A stretch of 46,673 nt of DNA from an uncultured bacterium (GTDB lineage: Bacteria > Ratteibacteria > UBA8468 > B48-G9 > JAFGKM01). The stretch covers positions 1 to 46,673 of the forward strand of contig CAYOFY010000002.1 of the NCBI GenBank assembly GCA_964403465.1, read 5' to 3'. This document shows, in pieces, positions 28,302 to 38,359 of the stretch; position 1 is the first letter of the stretch; the number at the start of each line of letters is the position of its first letter. The position numbers and the translations under genes are program-made. The notes under the pieces were generated by a model that ran no database searches, had not been told where the DNA came from, and saw only the letters and a program-made list of their open reading frames with translations.

Positions 28302-30019
28302 ATGGAAATGGCACCAGTAATTACGCAATTCAGTCTATTGATACTGGCGATTTTTGGGGTATCTCTCGTAATGCGGTTGCTGAAACAACCACTTACTATC
28401 GGATACATAATCTCAGGGATTATTGCGGACCTTTTGTTCTCAATATAATACACAACGCTGAAATAATAAATGTTTTCTCGGAATTCGGCATATCTTTCCT
28501 TCTCTTTTTGGTCGGACTGAATTTCTCACCAAAAGTTATAAAGGACGTGGGAAGGATTGCCGCCATTACCGGTGCCGGACAGATCATATTCACATTTATC
28601 CTGGGATATTTCATAGCGCTGATATTTAAATTCCCTCAACTGTCCTCTCTTTACATCGCCATCGCTCTCACTTTCTCCTCAACAATCATAATTATGAAAC
28701 TCCTGTCTGACAAAGACGACGTCGAAAAATTGCACGGAAAAGTATCAATGGGTATTTTGCTTGTTCAGGATTTTGTTGCAATGCTAGCCATGATGGTCAT
28801 AGCATCCCTTATGAAAGGGGCTTATCCTGGAATTGGCATCATACTTATATTTGCAAAGGGGATTGCGCTTATTGCTGGATTTGTGCTGTTTACGAGATTT
28901 ATACTGCTTGGAGTTACAGATTTTCTTCTGGAGTCCCAGGAATTCTTGTTCCTGTTTGTGATTGTGTGGGGACTCGGGCTTGCGTTTTTGTTTCAGCACG
29001 CCGGACTTTCTATGGAAATCGGAGCACTGATTGCAGGCATTCTGCTTTCTTCAACCACCTATAATTACGCCATTGCATCAAAATTGAAAATTCTGCGCGA
29101 TTTTTTTATTATCTTCTTTTTTGTTTTTCTTGGGAGCAATCTGGTATTCAAGCAGAATCACAGTTTTATCCTGATATCTGTTTTGTTCTCCGTCTTTATT
29201 CTGGTGTTCAAGCCCCTGATTGTTATGTTTCTGATGGGTATTTCCGGATACAGCAAACGAACCAGTTTTCATGCCGGGCTTACCGTAGCGCAGATTTCGG
29301 AGTTTTCCCTCATACTGACAGCCATGGGTGTAAAGGCAGGTCATATCTCCGAAAATGTCCTGTCCTTCGTTACGCTGGTGGGCATTATCACGATTGCAGG
29401 TTCAAGCTATATGGTCCTCTATTCCGATAAGATTTATCCTGTCATTTCAAAATACCTGTCAATCTTTGAAAGAAAGCAGGTCGTGGAACGGGAATTGCTT
29501 GCAAAGAAATTCTCGCATTTCCTCATAGGATATAATAGAACGGGGTTCGCCGTCCTCAAAAGTTTACAGAAACTATATTCTGATATTCTTGTTGTTGATT
29601 TCAATCCTGTGATTATTAAAAATCTGAGGAAGAGAAAGGTAAACTGTGTATATGGCGATGCGGAGGATGTTGAACTCCTTGAGGCACTAAGAATTGCCAG
29701 AGCACGTATGGTTATCTCTACAGTTCCTGACTTCTCCACAAATCTGCTGTTGATAAGATTTATGAGGGACAAAAATAAAGAGACGGTTCTTATCTTAACT
29801 GCAAGGCAGATTTCAGATGCCCTGATTCTGTATGAGAATGGTGCGGATTATGTAATACTTCCGCACTTCCTTGGCGGACGTTATGCAGCGGACCTTATTG
29901 AGAAATTCAAGACACACAGGGAAAATTATGTGGATGAAAGCGACAGGCAGATACAGGAACTTATGGAACGTATAGTTGAGGGGCAGGAACACCCCGCCGT
30001 TGAGAAAGAAATAGAATAA
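28302..30019 (+). pseudogene. CPA2-family (Kef-type) monovalent cation:proton antiporter with C-terminal RCK domain, interrupted by a 1-nt frameshift near 28425-28430
   Basis: The frame starting at ATG 28302 encodes MEMAPVITQFSLLILAIFGVSLVMRLLKQPLTIGYIISGIIA and then stops at 28446. The long ORF frame continues GPFVLNIIHNAEIINVFSEFGISFLLFLVGL... to 30019. Joined, the two give a canonical Kef N-terminus. The tracked ORF prefix 28178-28301 overlaps the pfkB-family gene and looks non-coding. Confidence 0.7.
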
Positions 30020-30024
30020 CTGTC

Positions 30025-30291
30025 CTACAATTTGCGAAGACTGAAAAGAGACCCGGCTATTATTCCCGCAAGGGTCAGGATGTTAAAGTTAAACGTAATC
30101 CCGAAATTGACAGACAGTACTATCAGATCCAGTTTTTCAATACTCCATAGAGGTTTCAAGGATGATGCCATTATGCTGTATATTGCCCATTGTTCCGGAA
30201 TAAAAAGCAGTAACAATTCGTTCAGGGCTGTTCCTATCAGGCCGCAAATGAAAATTATCATCAATATGTAGAGTATTTTCATGCCATTCAT
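30025..30291 (-). CDS. DUF4321-like small membrane protein
   Basis: It has two hydrophobic helices, and the C-terminal pattern LDLIVLSVNFGITFNFNILTLAGIIAGSLFSLRKL resembles DUF4321. The start is uncertain: ATG at 30291 or 30282, or the tracked TTG at 30369. Confidence 0.5.
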   Translation of the reverse strand: MNGMKILYILMIIFICGLIGTALNELLLLFIPEQWAIYSIMASSLKPLWSIEKLDLIVLSVNFGITFNFNILTLAGIIAGSLFSLRKL

Positions 30292-30330
30292 TTTACACTG
30301 TTTGGCAGTACGGTCAAGTTCTGCATCATA

Positions 30331-30359
30331 TTGCAAAAAGGAATTTCTGGTGGTATATT
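30331..30359 (+). promoter_or_regulatory. Candidate strong sigma70-type promoter with extended -10 for the csgG-like gene and downstream array
   Basis: TTGCAA (30331-30336) is followed by a 17-nt spacer and TATATT (30354-30359), which is preceded by a TGn extension (30351-30353). The SD AAGGGGG and the ATG at 30381 follow. Confidence 0.45.
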
Positions 30360-30380
30360 TATCTAACAAGGGGGCAATTA

Positions 30381-31697
30381 ATGTTAAAAAAATTTATATC
30401 TTTGCTGTTCGCATCTGTTTTATTCGCTTCCTGTCCAACCCGGGGAGCTGAAGTGAAGACAAAAGTTACCACCGGAGGTGCGTCCGCGTCGGATATCGTA
30501 TCCTACAGTGGACCAAAGGCAAGAATAGCCGTTGGAAGTTTTGAGGTCAAGGCAGGCAAGGCATACGGCAGGATTGGCGATGGAATGCAGGAGATGCTCA
30601 TAGACTCTCTTTTCAAAACCAATAGATTCATTGTTCTTGAAAAAGCAGCCGTGGAAGAACTTAAGGGGGAATATGAATTGGGCGAAAGCGGCTGGGCGGC
30701 TGATGCGCCTGAGAAAGGGACATTTGAGACCGCCGATATTCTTCTGACGGGAGCAATCACCGCATTTGAGCCGGACTATCAGGGAAAGGGCGGGGGTGGT
30801 ATTGTCATACCTATTCCTCTTAAAATAGGCGGAGGACTCAAGATAGAAAAGAAGGAGGCGTATATTGCTGCAAGTATCCGACTGGTGGATGTCAGAACGA
30901 GAAGGATAATAAAAACAGGCACGGTTGAAGGATATTCCTCAAAGTCAAGCCTCGGTGTTATAGGCGGAGGACTTATAGGTGGTGTTGCCCTGGGTGCAGG
31001 ATTTGAAAGTTACCAGAATACTCCTATGGAAAAGGCGGTCATGGTAATGCTTGATAATGCCATAGGCGAGATTGTAAGCAGCGTACCCGCGGATTATTAC
31101 AGGTATACGTCTGAAGGCAAACCCTCAACAGTTCAGCCAACATCTGGTGAGAAGAAAGGCCTTGGAATAATCGGGGGACAGGATACCTTTGCACCCGGAC
31201 AGAACTCCATTTTTTCAGAGGATTTCAACAAGTATGACGTCGGAGCCATCCCTGAAGGCTGGATAATTGCAGATACATCAGTTGAGGTGGCGCTTTATGA
31301 GGGTAAAAAATGGCTTAGGTTTTTGAAAATGGGCAGAGTTCAGAGAAAGATAAAGGTATCCGGGGATTATTCTGTAGAGTTGACATTCTTTGCACCGGAC
31401 CCTCAAACATCACTCCCTTTCAAGTACGCAAACCTGCCTGAAACAGTCATAGAAAACGGTTCAATAAGGATTGCGGGGAATTTGATTCCTGGAATAAATA
31501 TGGAAGAGGGCGTTCACCACCTTGCTTTTTCAAAGAAAGGAGACAGGGCGGTAATTTTCCTTGACGGGAAAAGAATATATATTGCTGATACGGAAAGCGC
31601 CTTCTCCGAAAACTTCATAATTACCGCAAAAGGCATAGACATAAATCAGGGCAAGGAATTGATTGTTACCGAAATGAGGGTCTCGGAATATAAGTAG
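30381..31697 (+). CDS. CsgG/HfaB-family outer-membrane lipoprotein fused to a C-terminal beta-sandwich-like domain
   Basis: It has a lipobox-like LFASC at residues 14-18. Residues ~45-235 align block by block with CsgG (IAVGSFEV, MLIDSLFKTNRFIVLEKAAVEELKGE, ADILLTGAITAFE, IAASIRLVDVRTRRII, NTPMEKAVMVMLDNAIGEIV). An extra ~180 aa follow (FSEDFNKYDVGAIPEGWI...). Confidence 0.7.
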   Translation: MLKKFISLLFASVLFASCPTRGAEVKTKVTTGGASASDIVSYSGPKARIAVGSFEVKAGKAYGRIGDGMQEMLIDSLFKTNRFIVLEKAAVEELKGEYELGESGWAADAPEKGTFETADILLTGAITAFEPDYQGKGGGGIVIPIPLKIGGGLKIEKKEAYIAASIRLVDVRTRRIIKTGTVEGYSSKSSLGVIGGGLIGGVALGAGFESYQNTPMEKAVMVMLDNAIGEIVSSVPADYYRYTSEGKPSTVQPTSGEKKGLGIIGGQDTFAPGQNSIFSEDFNKYDVGAIPEGWIIADTSVEVALYEGKKWLRFLKMGRVQRKIKVSGDYSVELTFFAPDPQTSLPFKYANLPETVIENGSIRIAGNLIPGINMEEGVHHLAFSKKGDRAVIFLDGKRIYIADTESAFSENFIITAKGIDINQGKELIVTEMRVSEYK

Positions 31698-31698
31698 C

Positions 31699-32433
31699 AT
31701 GGACATTATTGGAATCGAGATTGGAAACACGCGAATAAAATACGGACTTTTCAAGAACACGAATCTTGAGGAAGTTCATACAGCACCCACCAGACGTGGC
31801 TCGGCGGATGATGTACCTTTCGGATGGGAAACCCTAAAACCAGAATTGATAGGCATGGCTTCCGTAGTCCCTGAGGCAAATCGCCCAATCATAAGAACAT
31901 TCAAAAAGACCTATGGCAAAGATGTGGTTGTTCTCAATCCCGCGGATTGCGGTATTCCGTTTGGAATAAGAAATGCCGAATGTGTCGGAATTGACAGGGT
32001 TTTGAACTGCAAGGCCGCGAAGGAATTATTCGGTACACCGGTGATTGTCGTTGACATCGGAACAGCCATAACCATTGATATCGTTTCATCAAAAGGAATC
32101 TTTTCAGGCGGGATTATCATGCCCGGTGTGGATTTATGGATTGGCGCCCTGGAAACAACCGCCATGATAAAAAACATAAAACCGGCAAGGGTGAATTTCC
32201 CCGGCAAGGATACCAATGAGGCAATATATTCAGGAATGAAATACGGAATTGAAGGAGCTATCAATAATATCCTGGATATCGCCTTTCGTAAATATCCTTC
32301 TGCAACGATTGTCCTCACCGGGGGAGGCAGCACAGGATTCAAGGATTCCATAATGCGAAGGAAAATGGTGAGAAACCATCTTGCCATGGAAGGCATTGGC
32401 ATGCTATTAAATGAGATGGCATGCAGATACTAG
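31699..32433 (+). CDS. coaX: Type III pantothenate kinase
   Basis: It has the N-terminal IGIEIGNTRIKYGLF and an ASKHA fold pattern including VVDIGTAITID, and is 244 aa. It starts 1 nt after the upstream stop. Confidence 0.85.
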   Translation: MDIIGIEIGNTRIKYGLFKNTNLEEVHTAPTRRGSADDVPFGWETLKPELIGMASVVPEANRPIIRTFKKTYGKDVVVLNPADCGIPFGIRNAECVGIDRVLNCKAAKELFGTPVIVVDIGTAITIDIVSSKGIFSGGIIMPGVDLWIGALETTAMIKNIKPARVNFPGKDTNEAIYSGMKYGIEGAINNILDIAFRKYPSATIVLTGGGSTGFKDSIMRRKMVRNHLAMEGIGMLLNEMACRY

Positions 32434-32441
32434 CAGATTAA

Positions 32442-33005
32442 ATGGAACGAACCCTGGAAATACTCGGCATACCTGTTTATTCCTTCGGCAAGGTCTCTTC
32501 AACCATGGATGTGGCAGAGGAGTTTCTCGGAAAAGAGCAGAATATTATTATCACCGCGGATGAACAATCAAAGGGCAGAGGAAGATACGGCAGGACCTGG
32601 TTTTCTCCATTTGGAGGGCTCTACTTTTCATGGATAATCAAAAAGGAACCATCCACTAACTTTCTTTCCGAAATGATCTCTCTTAGCATTGTTGAATCAA
32701 TGAAAATTTTTGGGATAAATTGCAATATCAAATTACCTAATGATATAATAACTGCGGGTAGAAAGATAGCAGGCATGTTGCTCATAAGAAAGGAAGGTTC
32801 TTACATAGCAGGCATAGGCATAAATATAAACAACGATGTGGAGGATAGACAGGTCGGAATTTCAATGCTGGAGATAATCGGCAAACCCGTTGATAAACTG
32901 GCGTTCCTCGAGAATTTCATAAGAACATACCTTTCATATAAGAAGGAATTTTGTAAAAACTCCGATATTTCTTTACAAAAGTGGAGTAACTATCTGATAA
33001 AATGA
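32442..33005 (+). CDS. birA: Biotin--[acetyl-CoA-carboxylase] ligase, catalytic domain only (187 aa)
   Basis: It has the GRGRYGRTWFSPFGGLYFS signature and KLPNDI...KIAGML. I found no HTH domain and no obvious C-terminal SH3-like domain. Confidence 0.75.
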   Translation: MERTLEILGIPVYSFGKVSSTMDVAEEFLGKEQNIIITADEQSKGRGRYGRTWFSPFGGLYFSWIIKKEPSTNFLSEMISLSIVESMKIFGINCNIKLPNDIITAGRKIAGMLLIRKEGSYIAGIGININNDVEDRQVGISMLEIIGKPVDKLAFLENFIRTYLSYKKEFCKNSDISLQKWSNYLIK

Positions 33006-34279
33006 ATCAGCCCTCTTTATTTTTCTATTACATATCAATAGGCATATTTATACTGCTATCTGCATTTTTTTCGGCCTCTGAAACTGCCTTCATCTCCCTC
33101 GGAAGGCACCACCTGCAGAAAATAGCCGGGAGAAAAGATAAGAGAGCGAAACGGATGGGCTTGTGGTTTGAAGACCCGAATAAGATTCTTGTTACCGCTC
33201 TGGTGGGCAATAACATAGTTAACATTTCGGCTTCGGTTATGGCAGCGGCTTTGAGTTACAGATATTTTCACAAGTTCAGTGCGATAATTATCACAGGAAT
33301 AATGACCTTTCTCATCCTTGTTTTTGGTGAAATAATCCCGAAAAGTTTTGCAAAAAAATATTCGGAGTCGGTTGCTTATTTTTTTGCGATTCCGGTGAAA
33401 TTCTTTTCCATTCTCTTCAAACCCGTTATAAAAGTACTCGTCGTGTTTTCTCAATTTCTCATCAGGATTTTCGGCGGAAGAATAGAATCAATTATTCCTG
33501 TTCTGACGGAGGAGGATCTTAAGGCCATGATCAGCGCTGGAGAGGAGGAAGGCATTATTGAAGAAGAAGAAAGAAACATGATCGACAGTATATTTGAACT
33601 CGGCGATAAAATGGTGAGGGAAGTCATGACGGCAAGGATCAATATCGTGGCTGTGAGCGAAGATTCCTCTCTGGAAGAAGTAATAAATCTTATGGCCCGG
33701 GAAGGATATTCAAGAATTCCCGTATATAAGGACAATATAGACAGGATAACAGGAATAGTTTATATAAAAGACATCGTGGCAATGAGGATACCTGAATCGC
33801 AACAGGGACAGCAGGCGCGGACCAGAGACTGTATGCGCCATCCATATTTTGTGCCGGAAAGCAAGAAGATAAGCGAACTGTTAAGGGAACTGCAGGAAAA
33901 AAAGATGCAGATGGCGATAGTCGTTGACGAATACGGCGGTACTGGGGGACTTGTCACGATGGAAGACCTCCTTGAGGAAATTGTTGGGGAAATTTCAGAC
34001 GAATACAAGAAGGAGGTGAAGGAGTTACAGTCCCAGGAGGATGGCAGCTTCCTTGTATCCGGAGAGATGGAAATCGAGAAGGCAAACGAGCAAATAGGAA
34101 TGGATATACCTGTCGGGGAGTTTGAAACCATAGCAGGTTTTGTTCTTGACCGTCTCGGTAAATTTCCCCTCAAAGGAGAAAGTTTCGTCTACAGGGGCTA
34201 CGAGTTTCTTATCCAGGATTCCGATACAAAGAAAGTCCGTCTTGTAAGAATCAAGAAAAAAGGGGAACCAGATGAGTGA
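33002..34279 (+). CDS. CNNM/CorC-type hemolysin-related protein (DUF21 + CBS pair + CorC_HlyC)
   Basis: An N-terminal 4-TM DUF21-like region is followed by a CBS-pair region (VREVMTARINIVAV...GYSRIPVY) and a C-terminal transporter-associated domain. Length is 425 aa. Confidence 0.8.
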   Translation: MNQPSLFFYYISIGIFILLSAFFSASETAFISLGRHHLQKIAGRKDKRAKRMGLWFEDPNKILVTALVGNNIVNISASVMAAALSYRYFHKFSAIIITGIMTFLILVFGEIIPKSFAKKYSESVAYFFAIPVKFFSILFKPVIKVLVVFSQFLIRIFGGRIESIIPVLTEEDLKAMISAGEEEGIIEEEERNMIDSIFELGDKMVREVMTARINIVAVSEDSSLEEVINLMAREGYSRIPVYKDNIDRITGIVYIKDIVAMRIPESQQGQQARTRDCMRHPYFVPESKKISELLRELQEKKMQMAIVVDEYGGTGGLVTMEDLLEEIVGEISDEYKKEVKELQSQEDGSFLVSGEMEIEKANEQIGMDIPVGEFETIAGFVLDRLGKFPLKGESFVYRGYEFLIQDSDTKKVRLVRIKKKGEPDE

Positions 34280-35705
34280 AGAAGACATACGCAGCCAGAG
34301 AATCGAAAAACTTGAAAAACTGAAGAAGATGGGTATTGATGTCTACGGGAGAACTTTCAATAAGACGGATATTTCCCTGATAAAAGAAGGGGATGTGAAT
34401 GTTAAGGTTGCCGGCAGGATAATGGCGGTGAGAAAACATGGCGGATCATCCTTCCTTGACATAAAAGACAACAGCGGCAAAATACAACTTTATTTCAAAA
34501 AAAACATGGCGGATGAAATCTCCCTTTCAATATTTGAAAACCTTGATATCGGCGACATAATCGGGGTTGACGGGGATGCCTTCCGAACAAAAACAGGTGA
34601 GCTTACAATCGTTATAAAGCATCTTTCAATCCTTGCGAAATCCATAAACCCCCTGCCTGAAAAGTGGCACGGGCTCAGGGATGTTGAGATAAGATTCAGA
34701 AAACGCTACCTTGACCTCATAATGAACAATGACGTCAGAGAGGTTTTCAACAAGCGGATCAGGATGCTCCAGCACATGCGAGAATTTCTCAACAAGAGGG
34801 ATTTCATTGAGGTTGACACACCCATGATGCACCCGATACCGGGAGGTGCCATTGCCAGACCTTTCATAACGCACCATAATACGCTTGATATGAGTCTTTA
34901 CCTCCGGATTGCGCCGGAGCTTTATCTCAAGCGCCTTCTTGTCGGCAGTTTTGAAAAGATATACGAGATTAACAGATCATTCAGAAATGAAGGTATTTCC
35001 CCCCTGCATAACCCCGAGTTTACAATGCTGGAACTCTATTCAGCATACGGTGATTACAGGGAGATGATGGAAATCACGGAATTGCTTATTACCTATCTGG
35101 CCGAAAGGATTAACGGCGGGCTTTCGATTGAATATCAGGGCGGGAAGATTGATCTGACTCTTCCCTGGAAGAAGATTACCTGGAATGAGATTTTCACCTC
35201 GGCGGGTCTTCAAAACTGGAGAGACATTGATAGAACAATCAGGCATGCGGAGGAACTCGGTATTCAAATTGCCGACGATGACAGGAACGATATTTTTGGA
35301 ATCCTGGACACTATCTTCAAGAAAAAAATCCAGCCCAATCTTCTGAATCCCACATTTGTCTATGAATATCCTTCGGAAATATCCCCGCTTGCAAAATCCT
35401 ACAGGGACAATTCTCAGATAGCAGAGAGGTTTGAACTCTTCATAGGTGGCCTTGAGATCGCAAATGCATATTCCGAACTAAACGATCCGTTCGAACAGCA
35501 TAAAAGATTCAGGGAATCCGCAGGAAATGTTCCCGAGAATGACAGGAGCAAGAAAGTTGACGAGGATTACATTGAAGCCCTTGAATATGGAATGCCTCCG
35601 GCGGGAGGCCTTGGAATAGGGGTTGACCGGCTTGTGATGCTGATGACAGATTCTCCTTCCATAAGGGAAGTAATCTTCTTCCCCCTTTTGAGAACTAAGA
35701 AATGA
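34272..35705 (+). CDS. lysS: Lysine--tRNA ligase, class II
   Basis: It has an N-terminal OB anticodon-binding domain (VKVAGRIMAVRKHGGSSFLDIKD) and class II motifs (YEINRSFRNEG, GGLGIGVDRLVM). Length is 477 aa. Confidence 0.92.
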   Translation: MSEEDIRSQRIEKLEKLKKMGIDVYGRTFNKTDISLIKEGDVNVKVAGRIMAVRKHGGSSFLDIKDNSGKIQLYFKKNMADEISLSIFENLDIGDIIGVDGDAFRTKTGELTIVIKHLSILAKSINPLPEKWHGLRDVEIRFRKRYLDLIMNNDVREVFNKRIRMLQHMREFLNKRDFIEVDTPMMHPIPGGAIARPFITHHNTLDMSLYLRIAPELYLKRLLVGSFEKIYEINRSFRNEGISPLHNPEFTMLELYSAYGDYREMMEITELLITYLAERINGGLSIEYQGGKIDLTLPWKKITWNEIFTSAGLQNWRDIDRTIRHAEELGIQIADDDRNDIFGILDTIFKKKIQPNLLNPTFVYEYPSEISPLAKSYRDNSQIAERFELFIGGLEIANAYSELNDPFEQHKRFRESAGNVPENDRSKKVDEDYIEALEYGMPPAGGLGIGVDRLVMLMTDSPSIREVIFFPLLRTKK

Positions 35706-37222
35706 GCTCAAAAAAAGTAATAAGAGCGATATCGCTTGTTTCTCTCGGGACAATCATAGCAAGGTTTTTCGGTCTCGCCAGAGAAATCTCAACCGCTAAT
35801 TTTTTCGGCACCACGCACATATATGATGCGTTCCTCATTGCATTCATGATACCTAATTTTTTCAGAGGTCTCCTGGCAGAAGGAGCTTTGAATACTGCAT
35901 TCGTGCCTGTCTTCACAGATTACGCAAATGACACCCCGGACAGGAGAAGAGAAAGCATATCAATATTCAATAGTTGTTTCACGCTGTCCCTCCTTGTTAC
36001 GATTGCTCTGTTCATCGCAGTACTTATTTTGAGTTTTGTTTCAACGTCTTTTATCAGGGCTGATTCAAAGTGGTGGTGGACCTGCATCCTCCTGAGGTTT
36101 ACTTTTCCGTACCTGATATTTATATCGCTCACGGCCCTTAATATGGGGGTTTTGAATGTTCATAAAATTTTCTTTTTGCCTTCACTGTCTCCAATCATTT
36201 TGGACGGGGTATGGATCGCCGCGCTATTTCTGTTTCTCCCGCTATTCGGGAACACCCTGCAGGAAAAAATTATCGGCCTATGCATTGCTGTCATAATGGG
36301 AGGAGCAGGCCAGTTTTTATTCACGCTGATACCCGTATTGAAGAAAGGTTACAGGATACGTCTCAATTTCGATTTTAGACATCCTGCCATAAAAACGATG
36401 GGGAAACTTCTTGCACCCATGATTATAGGAGTCGCGGTAGTGCCGATAAACCTTCTTGTCGACTACTCCCTTGCAAACCTTTTGTACGAAGGTGCGGTAT
36501 CAGGACTCTGGTACAGCACGCGCATTTTCCAGCTTCCTCTCGGTGTTTTCGCAATTGCCATTTCAACCGCCATCCTGCCCTGGTTTTCAGAGAACATTTC
36601 GGTACACGACTATTCGCAATTTACGAAAAACCTTGAGTTCTCATTTCATTTGCTGGCAATACTGCTCCTTCCTTTTATATTCGGGATGATTATATTCCGA
36701 AACGAGATAGTTTCCTTTCTTTTTGCAAGGGGAATGTTCAGCGCCAGATCCGTTTCTCTGGCGGCTTCCCCCCTTGCTTTTTATTCCATAGGACTGCTTG
36801 GATACGGCGGGGTTTCGGTCTGGAGCCGGGCTTTTTATGCTTGCAAGGATACGTCCACCCCCGTAAGGGTCGGGATAGTCAGCATACTTGTAAATTTTGT
36901 ACTGGATATCGTTCTTATGAAGTATATGGGACACAACGGAATAGCTCTTTCAACATCACTCGTAGGGATAACAAATTTCATTGCTCTCGCGGTCATTTTC
37001 AACATGAAACATGTAAGGATGAATTTCAGGAAAATAGCGCCCTTTTTCATCAAAACTCTTGTTTCTGCTTCCGTTATGGGAATAGCAATATATTTCTACA
37101 GGAATGCGGTTAGTGGTGCATATCCGTTGTCTTTTGTCCTCATTACCGGTATAATGGTAGCGGTTTTTGTTTATTTGCTCTGTCTTCTTCTCCTTGTCGG
37201 GAAAAGAGCGATCAGGATTTGA
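35702..37222 (+). CDS. murJ: Lipid II flippase MurJ/MviN
   Basis: The N-terminal ARFFGLAREISTANFFGTTHIYDAFLIAFMIPNFFR motif is typical of MurJ. It is a 506-aa polytopic protein. Confidence 0.88.
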   Translation: MSSKKVIRAISLVSLGTIIARFFGLAREISTANFFGTTHIYDAFLIAFMIPNFFRGLLAEGALNTAFVPVFTDYANDTPDRRRESISIFNSCFTLSLLVTIALFIAVLILSFVSTSFIRADSKWWWTCILLRFTFPYLIFISLTALNMGVLNVHKIFFLPSLSPIILDGVWIAALFLFLPLFGNTLQEKIIGLCIAVIMGGAGQFLFTLIPVLKKGYRIRLNFDFRHPAIKTMGKLLAPMIIGVAVVPINLLVDYSLANLLYEGAVSGLWYSTRIFQLPLGVFAIAISTAILPWFSENISVHDYSQFTKNLEFSFHLLAILLLPFIFGMIIFRNEIVSFLFARGMFSARSVSLAASPLAFYSIGLLGYGGVSVWSRAFYACKDTSTPVRVGIVSILVNFVLDIVLMKYMGHNGIALSTSLVGITNFIALAVIFNMKHVRMNFRKIAPFFIKTLVSASVMGIAIYFYRNAVSGAYPLSFVLITGIMVAVFVYLLCLLLLVGKRAIRI

Positions 37223-37332
37223 GCAGGTGGGACGGTATCATGTTCCATTTACGGCTAAAATATGGGAGCCGGCCCCGGGGAAATCCCTAATGCCGGAAAA
37301 CATCACTCTCTTGCGAAGGAAACAGGAAACCG

Positions 37333-37956
37333 ATGCAGAGTATACAGTTCATCATATTTCTGTTCATACTTTTTTTCTCCGTTGTGGTGCATGAGTTTTC
37401 CCATGGTTATGTGGCTTATCTTAACGGGGATGACACAGCCCGCCTTCTTGGACGCCTGACATTCAACCCGATACCGCACATAGACCCGGTAGGCACACTT
37501 CTATTGCCCGTGCTTTTAATTCTGAGCTCCATTGTAACAAGGGGACAGATGTTCATCATTGGATGGGCAAAGCCGGTGCCAATCAATCCTTTCAATTTCA
37601 GGGACTATGACAAAGGCATGTTTTCAGTGGGAATTGCCGGTCCGGCCAGCAATATTCTGCTCGGTACGATATTTGCACTGCTTTCCAGAAATTTAGCAGG
37701 AGGATTTACAAAGGACATTTTTTTATTCACTGGCAGTATAAACTTCATCCTCGCGTTTTTCAATCTAATACCCATACCGCCTCTTGACGGTTCAAGAATC
37801 CTCGGCGTTTTTCTGCCCGAAAGCATACGTTATAGATATAACCAACTTGAAAAGATGGGATTTATGCTCGTCCTGGCATTTCTGCTGCTTGGCGGATTCA
37901 GTTTGATCATCCCCCCGGTGGAGGCAATTGTCAGAATTCTTGCTGGAACTCGATGA
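37333..37956 (+). CDS. Site-2 protease family (peptidase M50) membrane metalloprotease
   Basis: It has HEFSHG (HExxH) in the first TM region and a later NLIPIPPLDGSRI motif. Length is 207 aa. Confidence 0.8.
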   Translation: MQSIQFIIFLFILFFSVVVHEFSHGYVAYLNGDDTARLLGRLTFNPIPHIDPVGTLLLPVLLILSSIVTRGQMFIIGWAKPVPINPFNFRDYDKGMFSVGIAGPASNILLGTIFALLSRNLAGGFTKDIFLFTGSINFILAFFNLIPIPPLDGSRILGVFLPESIRYRYNQLEKMGFMLVLAFLLLGGFSLIIPPVEAIVRILAGTR

Positions 37957-37987
37957 ATCGCAAGCTTTCCCCATCTATCCCCGGGTA

Positions 37988-37996
37988 TGCTATAAT
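37988..37996 (+). promoter_or_regulatory. Extended -10 promoter element upstream of the DUF1844-uvrC genes
   Basis: TGCTATAAT (a TGnTATAAT match) lies at 37988-37996. Only a weak -35 (TTTCCC at 37966-37971) is present. The SD AGGAGGA and the ATG at 38042 lie downstream. Confidence 0.4.
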
Positions 37997-38041
37997 ATTG
38001 ATGATATATTTTAATAAACAGAACTTTGCAGGAGGATAGGT

Positions 38042-38359
38042 ATGGCTGAAGAACTTTTCAGTTTTGTCGTTAATTTTTTCGCACAATGGGGATGGCAGGT
38101 CATGGGCAAGGTTCCAAATCCCGTTACGGGAAAGGTTGAACGAAACCTTGAAATGGCAAAACAGATTATAGACATAATCGAAATGCTCAGAGAGAAAACA
38201 AGAGGCAACCTGACAAAAGACGAAGAAAGAATATTAACTGGACTAATTGCCGACCTGCAGATGAATTACGTTGACGAATTGGAGAAGGAACAAGCCAAAG
38301 AAAACAGAAAGGATGGACAAAAGGAAGAATCTTCTGGAAAAACTGAGCAAAACGCCTGA
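38042..38359 (+). CDS. DUF1844 domain protein
   Basis: The pattern FFAQWGWQVMGKVPNPVTGKVERNLEMAKQIIDIIEMLREKTRGNL resembles DUF1844. It is 105 aa with an acidic/basic tail. Confidence 0.65.
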   Translation: MAEELFSFVVNFFAQWGWQVMGKVPNPVTGKVERNLEMAKQIIDIIEMLREKTRGNLTKDEERILTGLIADLQMNYVDELEKEQAKENRKDGQKEESSGKTEQNA

